The position numbers and the translations under genes were made by a program. A DNA stretch of 64,000 nucleotides. Source: Candidatus Anderseniibacteriota bacterium (GTDB taxonomy: Bacteria; Patescibacteriota; Andersenbacteria; UBA10190). Under the pieces are notes generated by a model that worked only from the letters and a program-made list of their open reading frames with translations, did not search any database and was not told where the DNA came from. The DNA lies in contig JAIOOW010000002.1 of assembly GCA_021414205.1 (NCBI GenBank), positions 18,692 through 82,691 of the forward strand, written 5' to 3'. Within the stretch, counting starts at the first letter, position 1; the number at the start of each line of letters is the position of its first letter. Shown in pieces: positions 20,313 to 28,650 of this stretch.

Positions 20313-22136
20313 ATGTGTGGCATTGCGGGCAAAGTATCGTTAGGAATGCGGAACGTCACAAATTCTGAAATTTCGGCAATGACAGATGCAATAGCTCACC
20401 GAGGGCCAGATGATACAGGTGCATATATTTCCCCAAATCGCAAAGTAGGGCTTGGTCATAGGAGGCTCTCCATTATCGACCTTTCTTCTGCCGGCCATCA
20501 GCCCATGCGATATATGGATCGTTATGAAATTGTATTTAATGGCGAGATATACAACTTCCAAGAAGAGAAAACGAAACTAGAAAAAGATGGCTATGTATTT
20601 TATTCGCATACGGATACGGAAGTTATCTTGGCGCTATACGATAAATATAAAGAGGATTGCGTTCAATATTTGCGGGGCATGTTCGCCTTTGCTATTTACG
20701 ATGAGCAAGATAACACCATATTCTGCACTCGTGACCGTGTTGGGCAAAAGCCATTTAAGTACTATCAAGACGAGAGCGTTTTTATATTCGGATCGGAATT
20801 AAAAACAATACTAACTCAGTCGGAATACAATAAGGAGCCAGACCGAGAAGCAATCATTGATTTCCTAGTACTGCAATACACCCCTGGAACTACAACTGGT
20901 TTTAAGCATATTAAAAAATTATTGCCAGGACACACCCTTTTGCTTGATATTAAGCAAAAGAAAACAAAAATAACGCCCTATTGGAATCTTCAATATGCAG
21001 AGAATCTCTCGCTTTCGCAGCAAGCATGGGAAGATAGTATTGCCAGCATGCTTCAAGAATCCGTCGCGGAGCAAATGATTTCTGATGTGCCCGTTGGCGC
21101 CATGCTTTCAGGGGGAATCGATTCTTCTATTATTGTTTCGCTCATGACACAGCAGTCCTCAAAACAAATAAATACATTTTCAGTTGGGTTTGAAGGAGAA
21201 CAAGTAAGCGAGCTTCCATACGCGAAAAAAATTGCGGAAAAATTCAACACGAGTCATCACGAATTACATATCAAGCCTACGAGCATAGATATTCTTCAGC
21301 AGCTTGTGCATGTAATGGAGGAGCCTTTCGGAGATCATGGGGCGCTCCCTACGCTTCTTATTAGCAAGCTTATGAAAGAGCATGTCACAGTAGCATTAAA
21401 CGGCGATGGCGGAGACGAAAATTTTGCAGGGTACGATCGATACACCGCATATAAGCTATCAAATATTCTTTCTCCGTATAATAGCCTTGCGCGAAGCGTC
21501 GCGCGCGCAATCCCAGTTGTATCAAAAACTGAACGATTGCACCGATTTATTGCGTCTTTGTCATATTCCCCAGAGCGAAGATATCTCGAATATATTTGCT
21601 ATATTTCTCCTCAAACTATGGACAGGTCATCCATTGAATCTATATCTCATGCATTTACATCGGAAAAATCTGCTGATTGGCTCAGCAAACTATTGTCCGC
21701 AGATCTTCATACCTACCTTCCAGGAGCCCTGCTTCCAAAAGTTGATATGGCTACTATGGCTTATTCCCTAGAAGCTCGTTCCCCGTTTTTCGATCATCGA
21801 TTTATGGAAATGGCAGCGAGTATTCCGTCTTCGCTGAAAATAAAAGGCTTGAATAACAGGAAATATATTCTCAAATCAGCTTTTAAAGATAGCATTCCAG
21901 AAGAAATTCTTCATAGAAAAAAGAGGGGCTTTAGCGTGCCCCTCGAGGCGTGGTTCCAAGATGATCTCCTGGCTTTTGCAATATCCCTCCTCAGCTCGCC
22001 CGCTACACGCTCAGCAGGATATATTTCTCATGAAAAAATACAGCATATACTTACAACCCATGCTCGGCACGGCAGCCAAGGCAGACAATTATGGATTCTC
22101 CTCATGCTTGAGCTGTGGCTTCGCGAGTTTTTCTAG
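20313..22136 (+). CDS. asnB: Asparagine synthetase B-type glutamine amidotransferase. Likely a glycan amidotransferase (WbpS-like) given the context.
   Basis: Starts MCGIAG (Cys2 nucleophile of class-II GATase). Has the SGGIDSS PP-loop of the synthetase domain and is about 600 aa. Start set at the MCGIAG Met; the ORF track starts 33 nt upstream. Confidence 0.8.
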   Translation: MCGIAGKVSLGMRNVTNSEISAMTDAIAHRGPDDTGAYISPNRKVGLGHRRLSIIDLSSAGHQPMRYMDRYEIVFNGEIYNFQEEKTKLEKDGYVFYSHTDTEVILALYDKYKEDCVQYLRGMFAFAIYDEQDNTIFCTRDRVGQKPFKYYQDESVFIFGSELKTILTQSEYNKEPDREAIIDFLVLQYTPGTTTGFKHIKKLLPGHTLLLDIKQKKTKITPYWNLQYAENLSLSQQAWEDSIASMLQESVAEQMISDVPVGAMLSGGIDSSIIVSLMTQQSSKQINTFSVGFEGEQVSELPYAKKIAEKFNTSHHELHIKPTSIDILQQLVHVMEEPFGDHGALPTLLISKLMKEHVTVALNGDGGDENFAGYDRYTAYKLSNILSPYNSLARSVARAIPVVSKTERLHRFIASLSYSPERRYLEYICYISPQTMDRSSIESISHAFTSEKSADWLSKLLSADLHTYLPGALLPKVDMATMAYSLEARSPFFDHRFMEMAASIPSSLKIKGLNNRKYILKSAFKDSIPEEILHRKKRGFSVPLEAWFQDDLLAFAISLLSSPATRSAGYISHEKIQHILTTHARHGSQGRQLWILLMLELWLREFF

Positions 22137-23352
22137 ATTCAACACGAATACTGTCCAGTAGCGCACGCAATGACCCATGTATCGGTCGCATGCCGGAAGT
22201 CGAAACATATTCTCCTCGTAGCGCTCGCTGAACAATAGCATCTCCGAATCTTTTATCAACAATTTCTCCTGATCGTTTTTTACCCGTAAGTATTACAGCG
22301 ATGGACGCCCCGGTTCTTAATAGTGTGTCTCTCGTAAAAGAAATAATCATCACCCAAGCATATTCATGCTCGATGCGTTCGGAAGTATTGCGAAAAAGAT
22401 CCCATAATACATTTACTGCATATTGATACATGATTCGAATTTCCGCAAAAGAATATGCAATACGCATTTGCGCAATTTCCCCCATGAGCATGGCCGTGCG
22501 ATATAATTTTTTACTTGTAAGGTGCGAGTCAATATACTCGCGGATGCGAACATTCTCTACATCATCTCGAAAAAACCATAGGGTGCATATCCGATGCATT
22601 GCAAAATTATCCTGACAATCCATTGCGCTTCGCACTGTCTCTGGTTGGACTGCCAAATAATTCTTAAAAGAAAACATGGATCGATCAGGGCTAATTCTTG
22701 GCCGATAATCAAATCGCGTAATAGCTTTTACTGCAGTTGTAACGCCTACACGAAGGTGGAGTTCATCAATACTATCGGCAATTCTGTAATTCATGTATCT
22801 ATCAGGCAACGTTGTTTGATATGCGTTTTCATTTCGAAAAATCTCCCTTATAACGACTGTGCTATACAGCGTATAGTTTGAATCTGTTAGCGCAAAATAT
22901 TCGAGATATATGGATTCTTCCGGGCTGAGCACATGCACATCAGAAGTAGGCATAAATAGCAGCTGAAGGCGATGCTCTAAGTGAACAATAAGTGAAGCAT
23001 AGGAAATGGAAGCTAGGTAATGCTTATGTATTTGCTCAACAGCAGATTCAATGAAATCTGGGTAATAGATATTGTCGTCATCTAAACGTACAAAATATTC
23101 TCCTTTTACATACGAGAATGCAGCATTCCAATTTTCAACCATCGGTAAGTCCGTATTCGATACATGATATTCTACGCGAGGATCTTGGATAAGGTCATCA
23201 ATATATTCTTTTGTACCATCGGAAGAATTATTGTCATGAACGATGATCTGTAAATTTTTATATGTTTGCTGAACGACGGACCGAAGTGCGTCTTGAAGAA
23301 ATTCTTTTCGATTGCGCGTCGGAATAACGACAGAAACGAGTGGGGGTGTCAT
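22102..23352 (-). CDS. GT2 family glycosyltransferase with a roughly 300-aa C-terminal extension of unknown function.
   Basis: VSVVIPTRNRKEFLQDALRSVVQQTY...IIVHDNNSSDGT...VRLDDDN (GT-A DxD). Its 3' end overlaps convergent asnB by 35 nt. Confidence 0.65.
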   Translation of the reverse strand: MTPPLVSVVIPTRNRKEFLQDALRSVVQQTYKNLQIIVHDNNSSDGTKEYIDDLIQDPRVEYHVSNTDLPMVENWNAAFSYVKGEYFVRLDDDNIYYPDFIESAVEQIHKHYLASISYASLIVHLEHRLQLLFMPTSDVHVLSPEESIYLEYFALTDSNYTLYSTVVIREIFRNENAYQTTLPDRYMNYRIADSIDELHLRVGVTTAVKAITRFDYRPRISPDRSMFSFKNYLAVQPETVRSAMDCQDNFAMHRICTLWFFRDDVENVRIREYIDSHLTSKKLYRTAMLMGEIAQMRIAYSFAEIRIMYQYAVNVLWDLFRNTSERIEHEYAWVMIISFTRDTLLRTGASIAVILTGKKRSGEIVDKRFGDAIVQRALRGEYVSTSGMRPIHGSLRALLDSIRVESRKTREATAQA

Positions 23353-24476
23353 TCCAGTATTGTAACGTCAGGGTTAATGGTAAGCAGCTGCTGCAAAATT
23401 TCTTCTCGATAGGCACCGACCTTTAACACAACCCCTATATTCTTTTTTCCCCTGATAACTTCTGGCTTGTATACCGTAAATGGAGTGCCATACAACCTCT
23501 TACCTTCTTTTATTGGAGAATTATCGAGAATGCCTACAACTTTTGTTTTATCCAGCCCAACTTCAAATAAGTATTGAGAAAAAATATGCCCACCAAATAC
23601 ATACACCTCATCCAAGCTATCCATTTGAGAGCTCAATAGAGTAATCAAATCTTTGTAATACTCAACAAAGTCCATGAACAATTTTTTATACTCAGTATAT
23701 TTGCTTTCAAGCTGTACAGCCTTTTGAGGTGTTGCCGTTTTTTCTGTCGTATAAAAAAAGCTATGATCTTTGTATGCATGCTTATCTATGATGCGGAATC
23801 CGTATTCAGCAAGCAGATAATCTACAAAGTAATCGGTGAGCAACATCGTATGCTCAAAATTCAACGAGGAGAGGTTTTTATTCGCCATCCACAAAGTCAA
23901 GTTCGGATATGCAAAGACAAGCTTATCTCCTTCTTTTAGATACGAAGCAATTGATTCTATAAATTCTCGCGGATCATATGCATGTTCCCATGTATGAGAA
24001 AACACCACCATATCGTATGAATCTTCGCTTTTAAAATTCTTATCAAAAAAACCTTTCATGATCGAAATATGATCATTCCCAGCATGTAGTGGATTCGGCT
24101 CAATAATTGTCCAATGACTATCCTGATTTTTCTCGATGAATTTTTCAGCAATAGCCCCCTGACCTCCGCCAATCTCTAAAACATTTTTTGGCTTATGAGC
24201 CGTAACATAATCCGCAAATACCTGGTAAAACGTTTGCCACGTAGAACCCGTCCCATCCATATGCTGAGCTTGATAGAGCAAGTCGGGCGGAACGAGTTCA
24301 GTTAGCTGAATAATTCCAGATTCCGGACAGATTGCCCAATTCATATCTACGCGAATATCTTCTTTCGGATCCGTATCGACGCACCCAAAAAATACGGGGA
24401 AGTTTTTATACTGATACAGGGGTTCTAGGTTTTCTTTTCCAGTAATAATGCTTTTATTTCGCTCAATGAGTTTCAT
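23349..24476 (-). CDS. SAM-dependent methyltransferase, sugar-modifying type (C- or O-methyltransferase with extra N- and C-terminal domains).
   Basis: Motif I VLEIGGGQGAIAEKF in the middle of a 375-aa protein. The three-part domain layout resembles NDP-sugar C-methyltransferases (TylC3-like) but lacks the N-terminal Cys4 cluster. ATGA overlap with both neighbours. Confidence 0.55.
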   Translation of the reverse strand: MKLIERNKSIITGKENLEPLYQYKNFPVFFGCVDTDPKEDIRVDMNWAICPESGIIQLTELVPPDLLYQAQHMDGTGSTWQTFYQVFADYVTAHKPKNVLEIGGGQGAIAEKFIEKNQDSHWTIIEPNPLHAGNDHISIMKGFFDKNFKSEDSYDMVVFSHTWEHAYDPREFIESIASYLKEGDKLVFAYPNLTLWMANKNLSSLNFEHTMLLTDYFVDYLLAEYGFRIIDKHAYKDHSFFYTTEKTATPQKAVQLESKYTEYKKLFMDFVEYYKDLITLLSSQMDSLDEVYVFGGHIFSQYLFEVGLDKTKVVGILDNSPIKEGKRLYGTPFTVYKPEVIRGKKNIGVVLKVGAYREEILQQLLTINPDVTILE

Positions 24477-24988
24477 ACTGTAAATTTATGGGTAAATAAA
24501 TCGAATGGCTCAAAAAATGTTTCAAGAATATGGAGACACGCCTCGGCAACTGCGCCTTCGCCCCCTCTTGCATTTGTCACAAAATCAGCTTGTTTCTTTG
24601 TTGCATAAAACGCATTAGCGGGCGCTATCGAGTAGGCAACGCGCTTAAACACGAGTGGGTCAAAGATGCCATCGCCCATATAAATAGTTTCGGACAAATC
24701 AAATCGCTTCTCTATCCACGCAACGCGGTCAAATGTGCTTACTAAATCAAGAGGTAAATGCATGTCGTCAGCTACTCTCCTCTTCGTAATAGCAAAACCA
24801 TTCTTGTCGCCCGATATAGCATGAAGCAAGAGCTTGTCTTTCAATAATGAAAGCGCATCGTTATCTTCTGGCCCAAATTTTTTCATTATCTTTCCTTCCG
24901 TGGTGTAGTAAAAAGTGCCATCAGTAAACACGCCATCGACGTCAAGAATGAAATTTTTAACTACCTTCTTTTGCATGGTGCTTTTCAT
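24473..24988 (-). CDS. KdsC-family HAD phosphatase (sugar-acid/sugar-phosphate phosphatase of the YrbI type).
   Basis: NFILDVDGVFTDGTFYY (KdsC motif I DVDGVLTDG), YMGDGIFDPLVFKRVAYSIAPANA (motif III GDDxxD), and C-terminal GGEGAVAEACLHIL (KdsC GGRGAVREVCDLIL). Around 170 aa. Confidence 0.65.
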   Translation of the reverse strand: MKSTMQKKVVKNFILDVDGVFTDGTFYYTTEGKIMKKFGPEDNDALSLLKDKLLLHAISGDKNGFAITKRRVADDMHLPLDLVSTFDRVAWIEKRFDLSETIYMGDGIFDPLVFKRVAYSIAPANAFYATKKQADFVTNARGGEGAVAEACLHILETFFEPFDLFTHKFTV

Positions 24989-26615
24989 TGTTTAATGCCC
25001 TAAATAGTTGCAATTTCCCGAAATAATAAAGGAATAAATCATACGGATGAGAGTGCAAGGGTGACATGTTTAACCATAAAATTGGAGTTAGTATGTCTAT
25101 CTTGCGAATATCCAATCCTCTTTCTATGATATATTGCTTTAAGATTTCTTGACACTCTACCAATCGCTCGCTTCGAAATATGTCGCATGTTACTACGTTT
25201 TTGTGCCGATCAATATTAAAATGACCGTAATTAATCATCTCGTGATTAATTACTAAGTTATGATTCAGCTTTGCGAGATCGTAATACATGTCGCCGCCTC
25301 GAATTAATCCTCCAAAATCTTGTCGCCAATCTAGAAGCGTATACCCTTTAGCAGTTTTAATAATATTGTCTGGAATAAAATCTCCGTGAAAAGAAGTCTG
25401 CTGAGTATCTGCAAGCCAATCAAAATCTACTTTTTTAAGTAGTGCCGCAAGTGACGGAACAGTTTCTCCATTAATGATGTTGGTACTATCTTTAATATTT
25501 CGTGTTTTTAAAAACTCCTGCGTGCGCTTTATTGTCTTTGTGTAATAAAAATCATAACAAATATCCTGAAAGCGCTTTGCAGAAACTTCTTTTTCGGGCT
25601 TCCAAACATTGCTAAACGCCCAATTCAGAAAATGAGGGAACGTTGCTGGAGTAATAACGGAAGCCAGCAGATCACCTTTTGCATATTTATACTTATAGAA
25701 ATGCGCTGTGGAACCCTCAATAGGAGGGACAAGCGAGCCAAGTGCACGAGCGCGTCGAACCCTATTTTTTGCAATAAGCGTATCGCTGAAGAATTTAACA
25801 ACGGAGGTTTTGAATAAATAAATAGATTCCGATGGCTTATCAAGAATATGGAATGAATCGTGAATCGCCTCTCGAGCTGCATTCAAGCTATCTACATTCC
25901 CTACGTCGTACCATGGATTAAACTCTATGCCGGTAAATACAGTGTCTCTCTCGAGCATTTGCTGCAGGATATCAACATCGCTCAGTGATTCATCTTCGGG
26001 ATTTGCTGCATATAAATCGATAGCACATTTCCAGAAAAGCTTATAATCGAATATCCCGACAAGACCGATGTGAAGATAGTCAGGGTTAAGATTCCCCTTT
26101 TCGGAAAAATACTGAATAACCCCATCAGCAATAGTAAATGATGCATATTGAGATGAATTTTCAGACACATATCCACCAGCCCAATTTTTTATAGGAAGAG
26201 GAATTTTTTGATGAACAATAGTGTCGGAAGCATGGTAAATAAACGGTTTCTGTAAATGCTTTTTTGCAGATAGCATGGAGTGGGCCAAGCTGCTCCCTTT
26301 TCCCGAATAGGTTTTCACAGGCACGAACGTTACGGAAATATTAGGATACACAAGAGAAATAAACTCTTTAACGTGTTCGCCGAAATGTCCGAGCGTGATT
26401 ACGAAATGAGTGTTCTTTGGGTACGACTCGATGATGTAGGAAAGAGCTGGCTTTCTTCCTATTTTCACTAATGCTTTATTCGTATATGTGGTGAGCTCTC
26501 CTAGCTTACTGCCTATTCCAGAGGTGGTAATCAATACAGTCAATTCCTGTTTTTGTTTTGGCATGAAAAAAGTGTTACACGGAGGAAAATAATCTACAAG
26601 CCTCTCTGTGGGCAT
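24957..26615 (-). CDS. Bifunctional sugar-1-phosphate nucleotidyltransferase (N-terminal) fused to an APH/choline-kinase-fold kinase (C-terminal).
   Basis: N-terminal LTVLITTSGIGSKLGELTTYTNKAL (G-x-G-T-R-L nucleotidyltransferase signature) and WYDVGNVDSLNAA. C-terminal FHGDFIPDNII...LLDWRQ (catalytic loop HGDxxxxN and the IDWE-equivalent of the APH/ChoK/anomeric sugar-kinase fold). The probable true start is MPKQKQ at 26564. Confidence 0.6.
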   Translation of the reverse strand: MPTERLVDYFPPCNTFFMPKQKQELTVLITTSGIGSKLGELTTYTNKALVKIGRKPALSYIIESYPKNTHFVITLGHFGEHVKEFISLVYPNISVTFVPVKTYSGKGSSLAHSMLSAKKHLQKPFIYHASDTIVHQKIPLPIKNWAGGYVSENSSQYASFTIADGVIQYFSEKGNLNPDYLHIGLVGIFDYKLFWKCAIDLYAANPEDESLSDVDILQQMLERDTVFTGIEFNPWYDVGNVDSLNAAREAIHDSFHILDKPSESIYLFKTSVVKFFSDTLIAKNRVRRARALGSLVPPIEGSTAHFYKYKYAKGDLLASVITPATFPHFLNWAFSNVWKPEKEVSAKRFQDICYDFYYTKTIKRTQEFLKTRNIKDSTNIINGETVPSLAALLKKVDFDWLADTQQTSFHGDFIPDNIIKTAKGYTLLDWRQDFGGLIRGGDMYYDLAKLNHNLVINHEMINYGHFNIDRHKNVVTCDIFRSERLVECQEILKQYIIERGLDIRKIDILTPILWLNMSPLHSHPYDLFLYYFGKLQLFRALNNEKHHAKEGS

Positions 26616-26702
26616 ATTGACATAAGCGTTCTTTTTTAGTATGCATACGGAGCAAGGGGTCCCGATTGATCATTCGAAAACTTAAAATAAAAGAAAGTCA
26701 TC

Positions 26703-27227
26703 ATGACGCCAGAAAGAAGTGCGTTACTTGCAGAACTGTTGGAAGAGTTGCTGAAGTTCAAACGAGCAGGCAATAATATGCCTCCGGCCGTGTTTGAGGC
26801 ATCGCTTCCCCTTTTCCCACAACTGGTTATTGAATTCCTGGTGTTTCGAAGCACGCCGTCGGAACGAAAAATTGAAATTCTCTTGGTAGAGAGACCTTCC
26901 AATGTCGCATATCCAAATCAATGGCATTGCCCAGGAACGTTTGTGCGTCCTGGTGATGCGATGGATCGAGCGTTCGAACGAGCACGGATTGGCAAACTGG
27001 GCGGAGCGATAATTACGCAAATAGAATTTCTGACCAACCAACTCTACGTCGATCCTAATCGCAATGATGCGACTATTTTAAGAATGGTTTATACGGTTCA
27101 GATTGCCGAAGAAGATAATCCGCCCAAAGGCAAATTTTTCGAAATCTACCCGAATAATAACCTACCCGCGGAACTGGTATGGGAACAGCCCATGCTCATT
27201 GATCTTTTTCCAATTCCGAATAACTAG
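26703..27227 (+). CDS. Hypothetical protein with a degenerate Nudix-like fold.
   Basis: IEILLVERPSNVAYPNQWHCPGTFVRPGDAMDRAFERARIGKLGG fits the Nudix beta-strand/loop/helix layout but lacks the canonical REUXEE glutamates. It fills the gap between two minus-strand transcription units and is followed by a strong rho-independent terminator, which supports it being a real gene. Confidence 0.3.
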   Translation: MTPERSALLAELLEELLKFKRAGNNMPPAVFEASLPLFPQLVIEFLVFRSTPSERKIEILLVERPSNVAYPNQWHCPGTFVRPGDAMDRAFERARIGKLGGAIITQIEFLTNQLYVDPNRNDATILRMVYTVQIAEEDNPPKGKFFEIYPNNNLPAELVWEQPMLIDLFPIPNN

Positions 27228-27246
27228 TGAACCGGTCAAAAGTAAA

Positions 27247-27287
27247 ACTCTACGAATGCAACTATGCGATCGTAGAGTTATTTTTTT
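27247..27287 (+). terminator. Rho-independent terminator downstream of the Nudix-like gene, possibly bidirectional.
   Basis: A perfect 9-bp stem (actctacga / tcgtagagt) with a 14-nt loop, followed by tattttttt. The stop codon of the convergent nucleotidyltransferase gene lies inside the loop. Confidence 0.55.
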
Positions 27288-27978
27288 GCAGATACTCTTC
27301 AGTTTTTGCCAATGCAGGAGGATTGCCGGTATCAAGCCAAACTGGAAATTGCACCAGGCGAATAGGGGTTGCATCTTGAAGCATAGGATTAAACGGAGAA
27401 GTATCGTTCATGGTTTGGTCATGAGGATTTGCTGCATATAAAGCTCTAAGATACTTCCAGTATGATTCGTAATTATTAATACCAAATAGACCGATTAATA
27501 CATTATGAGAATCACCCTCTTTTTTATCATTAATTCGGGTAATAATATTATCCATATCAGCCTGAATTGTTCGGTACTGACTCACATCACCGGGAATCGT
27601 ATGGCCAGCAATCCAATTTTTATCAGGAGCAGGTATAGCAGTATTAAGAACGACGGTATCGCATGCATGGAATATAAAAGGTTCTTGTAAATATGGTTCT
27701 GCTTGGAGCAAGGAGTATGCCAGACTGCTTCCATCGCCCTCATACTTATCTACATCAACAAACGTAATACTCCTGTCAGTGTAATGAGTTGTAAAGAAAT
27801 CCCGAACCTGATGAGCAAGATATCCAACAGTTATAACAAGTGGAATATCCGCGCTATATAAATCCAATATATACGAAATGGCAGGTTTCCCGGCAATAGG
27901 AACAAGAGCTTTGTTCGTATTCTTTGTAAGCGCTCCTAACCTAGAACCTGTTCCCGAAGTGGTAACAAGGACTTTCAT
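27262..27978 (-). CDS. Sugar-phosphate nucleotidyltransferase, paralogue of the N-terminal domain of 24957..26615.
   Basis: MKVLVTTSGTGSRLGALTKNTNKALVPIAGKP, ...LYAANP..., WLDTGNP. About 45% identical to the fused paralogue. Start set at MKVLV, 7 nt downstream of the rpe stop; the longer ORF would overlap rpe. Confidence 0.6.
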   Translation of the reverse strand: MKVLVTTSGTGSRLGALTKNTNKALVPIAGKPAISYILDLYSADIPLVITVGYLAHQVRDFFTTHYTDRSITFVDVDKYEGDGSSLAYSLLQAEPYLQEPFIFHACDTVVLNTAIPAPDKNWIAGHTIPGDVSQYRTIQADMDNIITRINDKKEGDSHNVLIGLFGINNYESYWKYLRALYAANPHDQTMNDTSPFNPMLQDATPIRLVQFPVWLDTGNPPALAKTEEYLQKNNSTIA

Positions 27979-27985
27979 AGATATA

Positions 27986-28648
27986 TTATAATAGCGTTTT
28001 TCTAAATGATTGTATTTTTTTGTCGAGTTGAGCAGGTGGTTGGAAGATAGTGCCCGTGCCACATACCAGCATGTTAGCCCCGGCTGCAACCATTTTATGA
28101 CCACTGTCTGGAGTTACTCCACCGTCTATTTCCAAGAAAATATCTTTTCCAGTTTCATCAATGCGTTTTCTTGCATCTGCAATCTTTTTCATCGTACCAG
28201 GAATAAGTTTATGCCCTACGATACCGGGGTTAATTGCCATCAACATCAATAAGTCCAAATCTTCAAGCACGTAGTCCAAGGTCGATAGCGACGTTCCGGG
28301 ATTTAAAGCGAGCCCTGCCTGAACACCAGCATTCTTAATCTTCATTACTGTACGATGAGGATGCATTAATGGCTCAATATGAGGAGTTATAATAGTTGCT
28401 CCAGCATCCACGAAATCTTGAATATATGGTTCCGGATTTTGAACCATCATATGTACTTCGATAGGAATGTTCGTTTTTGAACGTATTGCTTTTAAGTATT
28501 CGGGAAATAGCCCATATCGCGGAACAAACACCCCGTCCATCACGTCAAAATGAATGTAATCAATTTTTCCCTTTTTTAATGCGGCCAAATCTTTTTGGAG
28601 ATTAAGAGGATTTCCACAAATAATAGAAGCAGCTAGATTGCAGTGCAT
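27986..28648 (-). CDS. rpe: Ribulose-phosphate 3-epimerase family protein (Rpe or an allulose/hexulose-phosphate 3-epimerase relative).
   Basis: IHFDVMDGVFVP, EVHMMV, GG...VTPDS...AGAN...VCGT, the hallmark motifs of the RPE TIM-barrel. 220 aa. Confidence 0.7.
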   Translation of the reverse strand: MHCNLAASIICGNPLNLQKDLAALKKGKIDYIHFDVMDGVFVPRYGLFPEYLKAIRSKTNIPIEVHMMVQNPEPYIQDFVDAGATIITPHIEPLMHPHRTVMKIKNAGVQAGLALNPGTSLSTLDYVLEDLDLLMLMAINPGIVGHKLIPGTMKKIADARKRIDETGKDIFLEIDGGVTPDSGHKMVAAGANMLVCGTGTIFQPPAQLDKKIQSFRKTLL

Positions 28649-28650
28649 AG

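Noticed and set aside
26636-27041. Minus-strand ORFs of 88 and 105 aa overlapping the Nudix-like plus-strand gene.
   Set aside because: The translations are low-complexity (S/N/R-rich). They are antisense to a better-supported ORF that has its own terminator.
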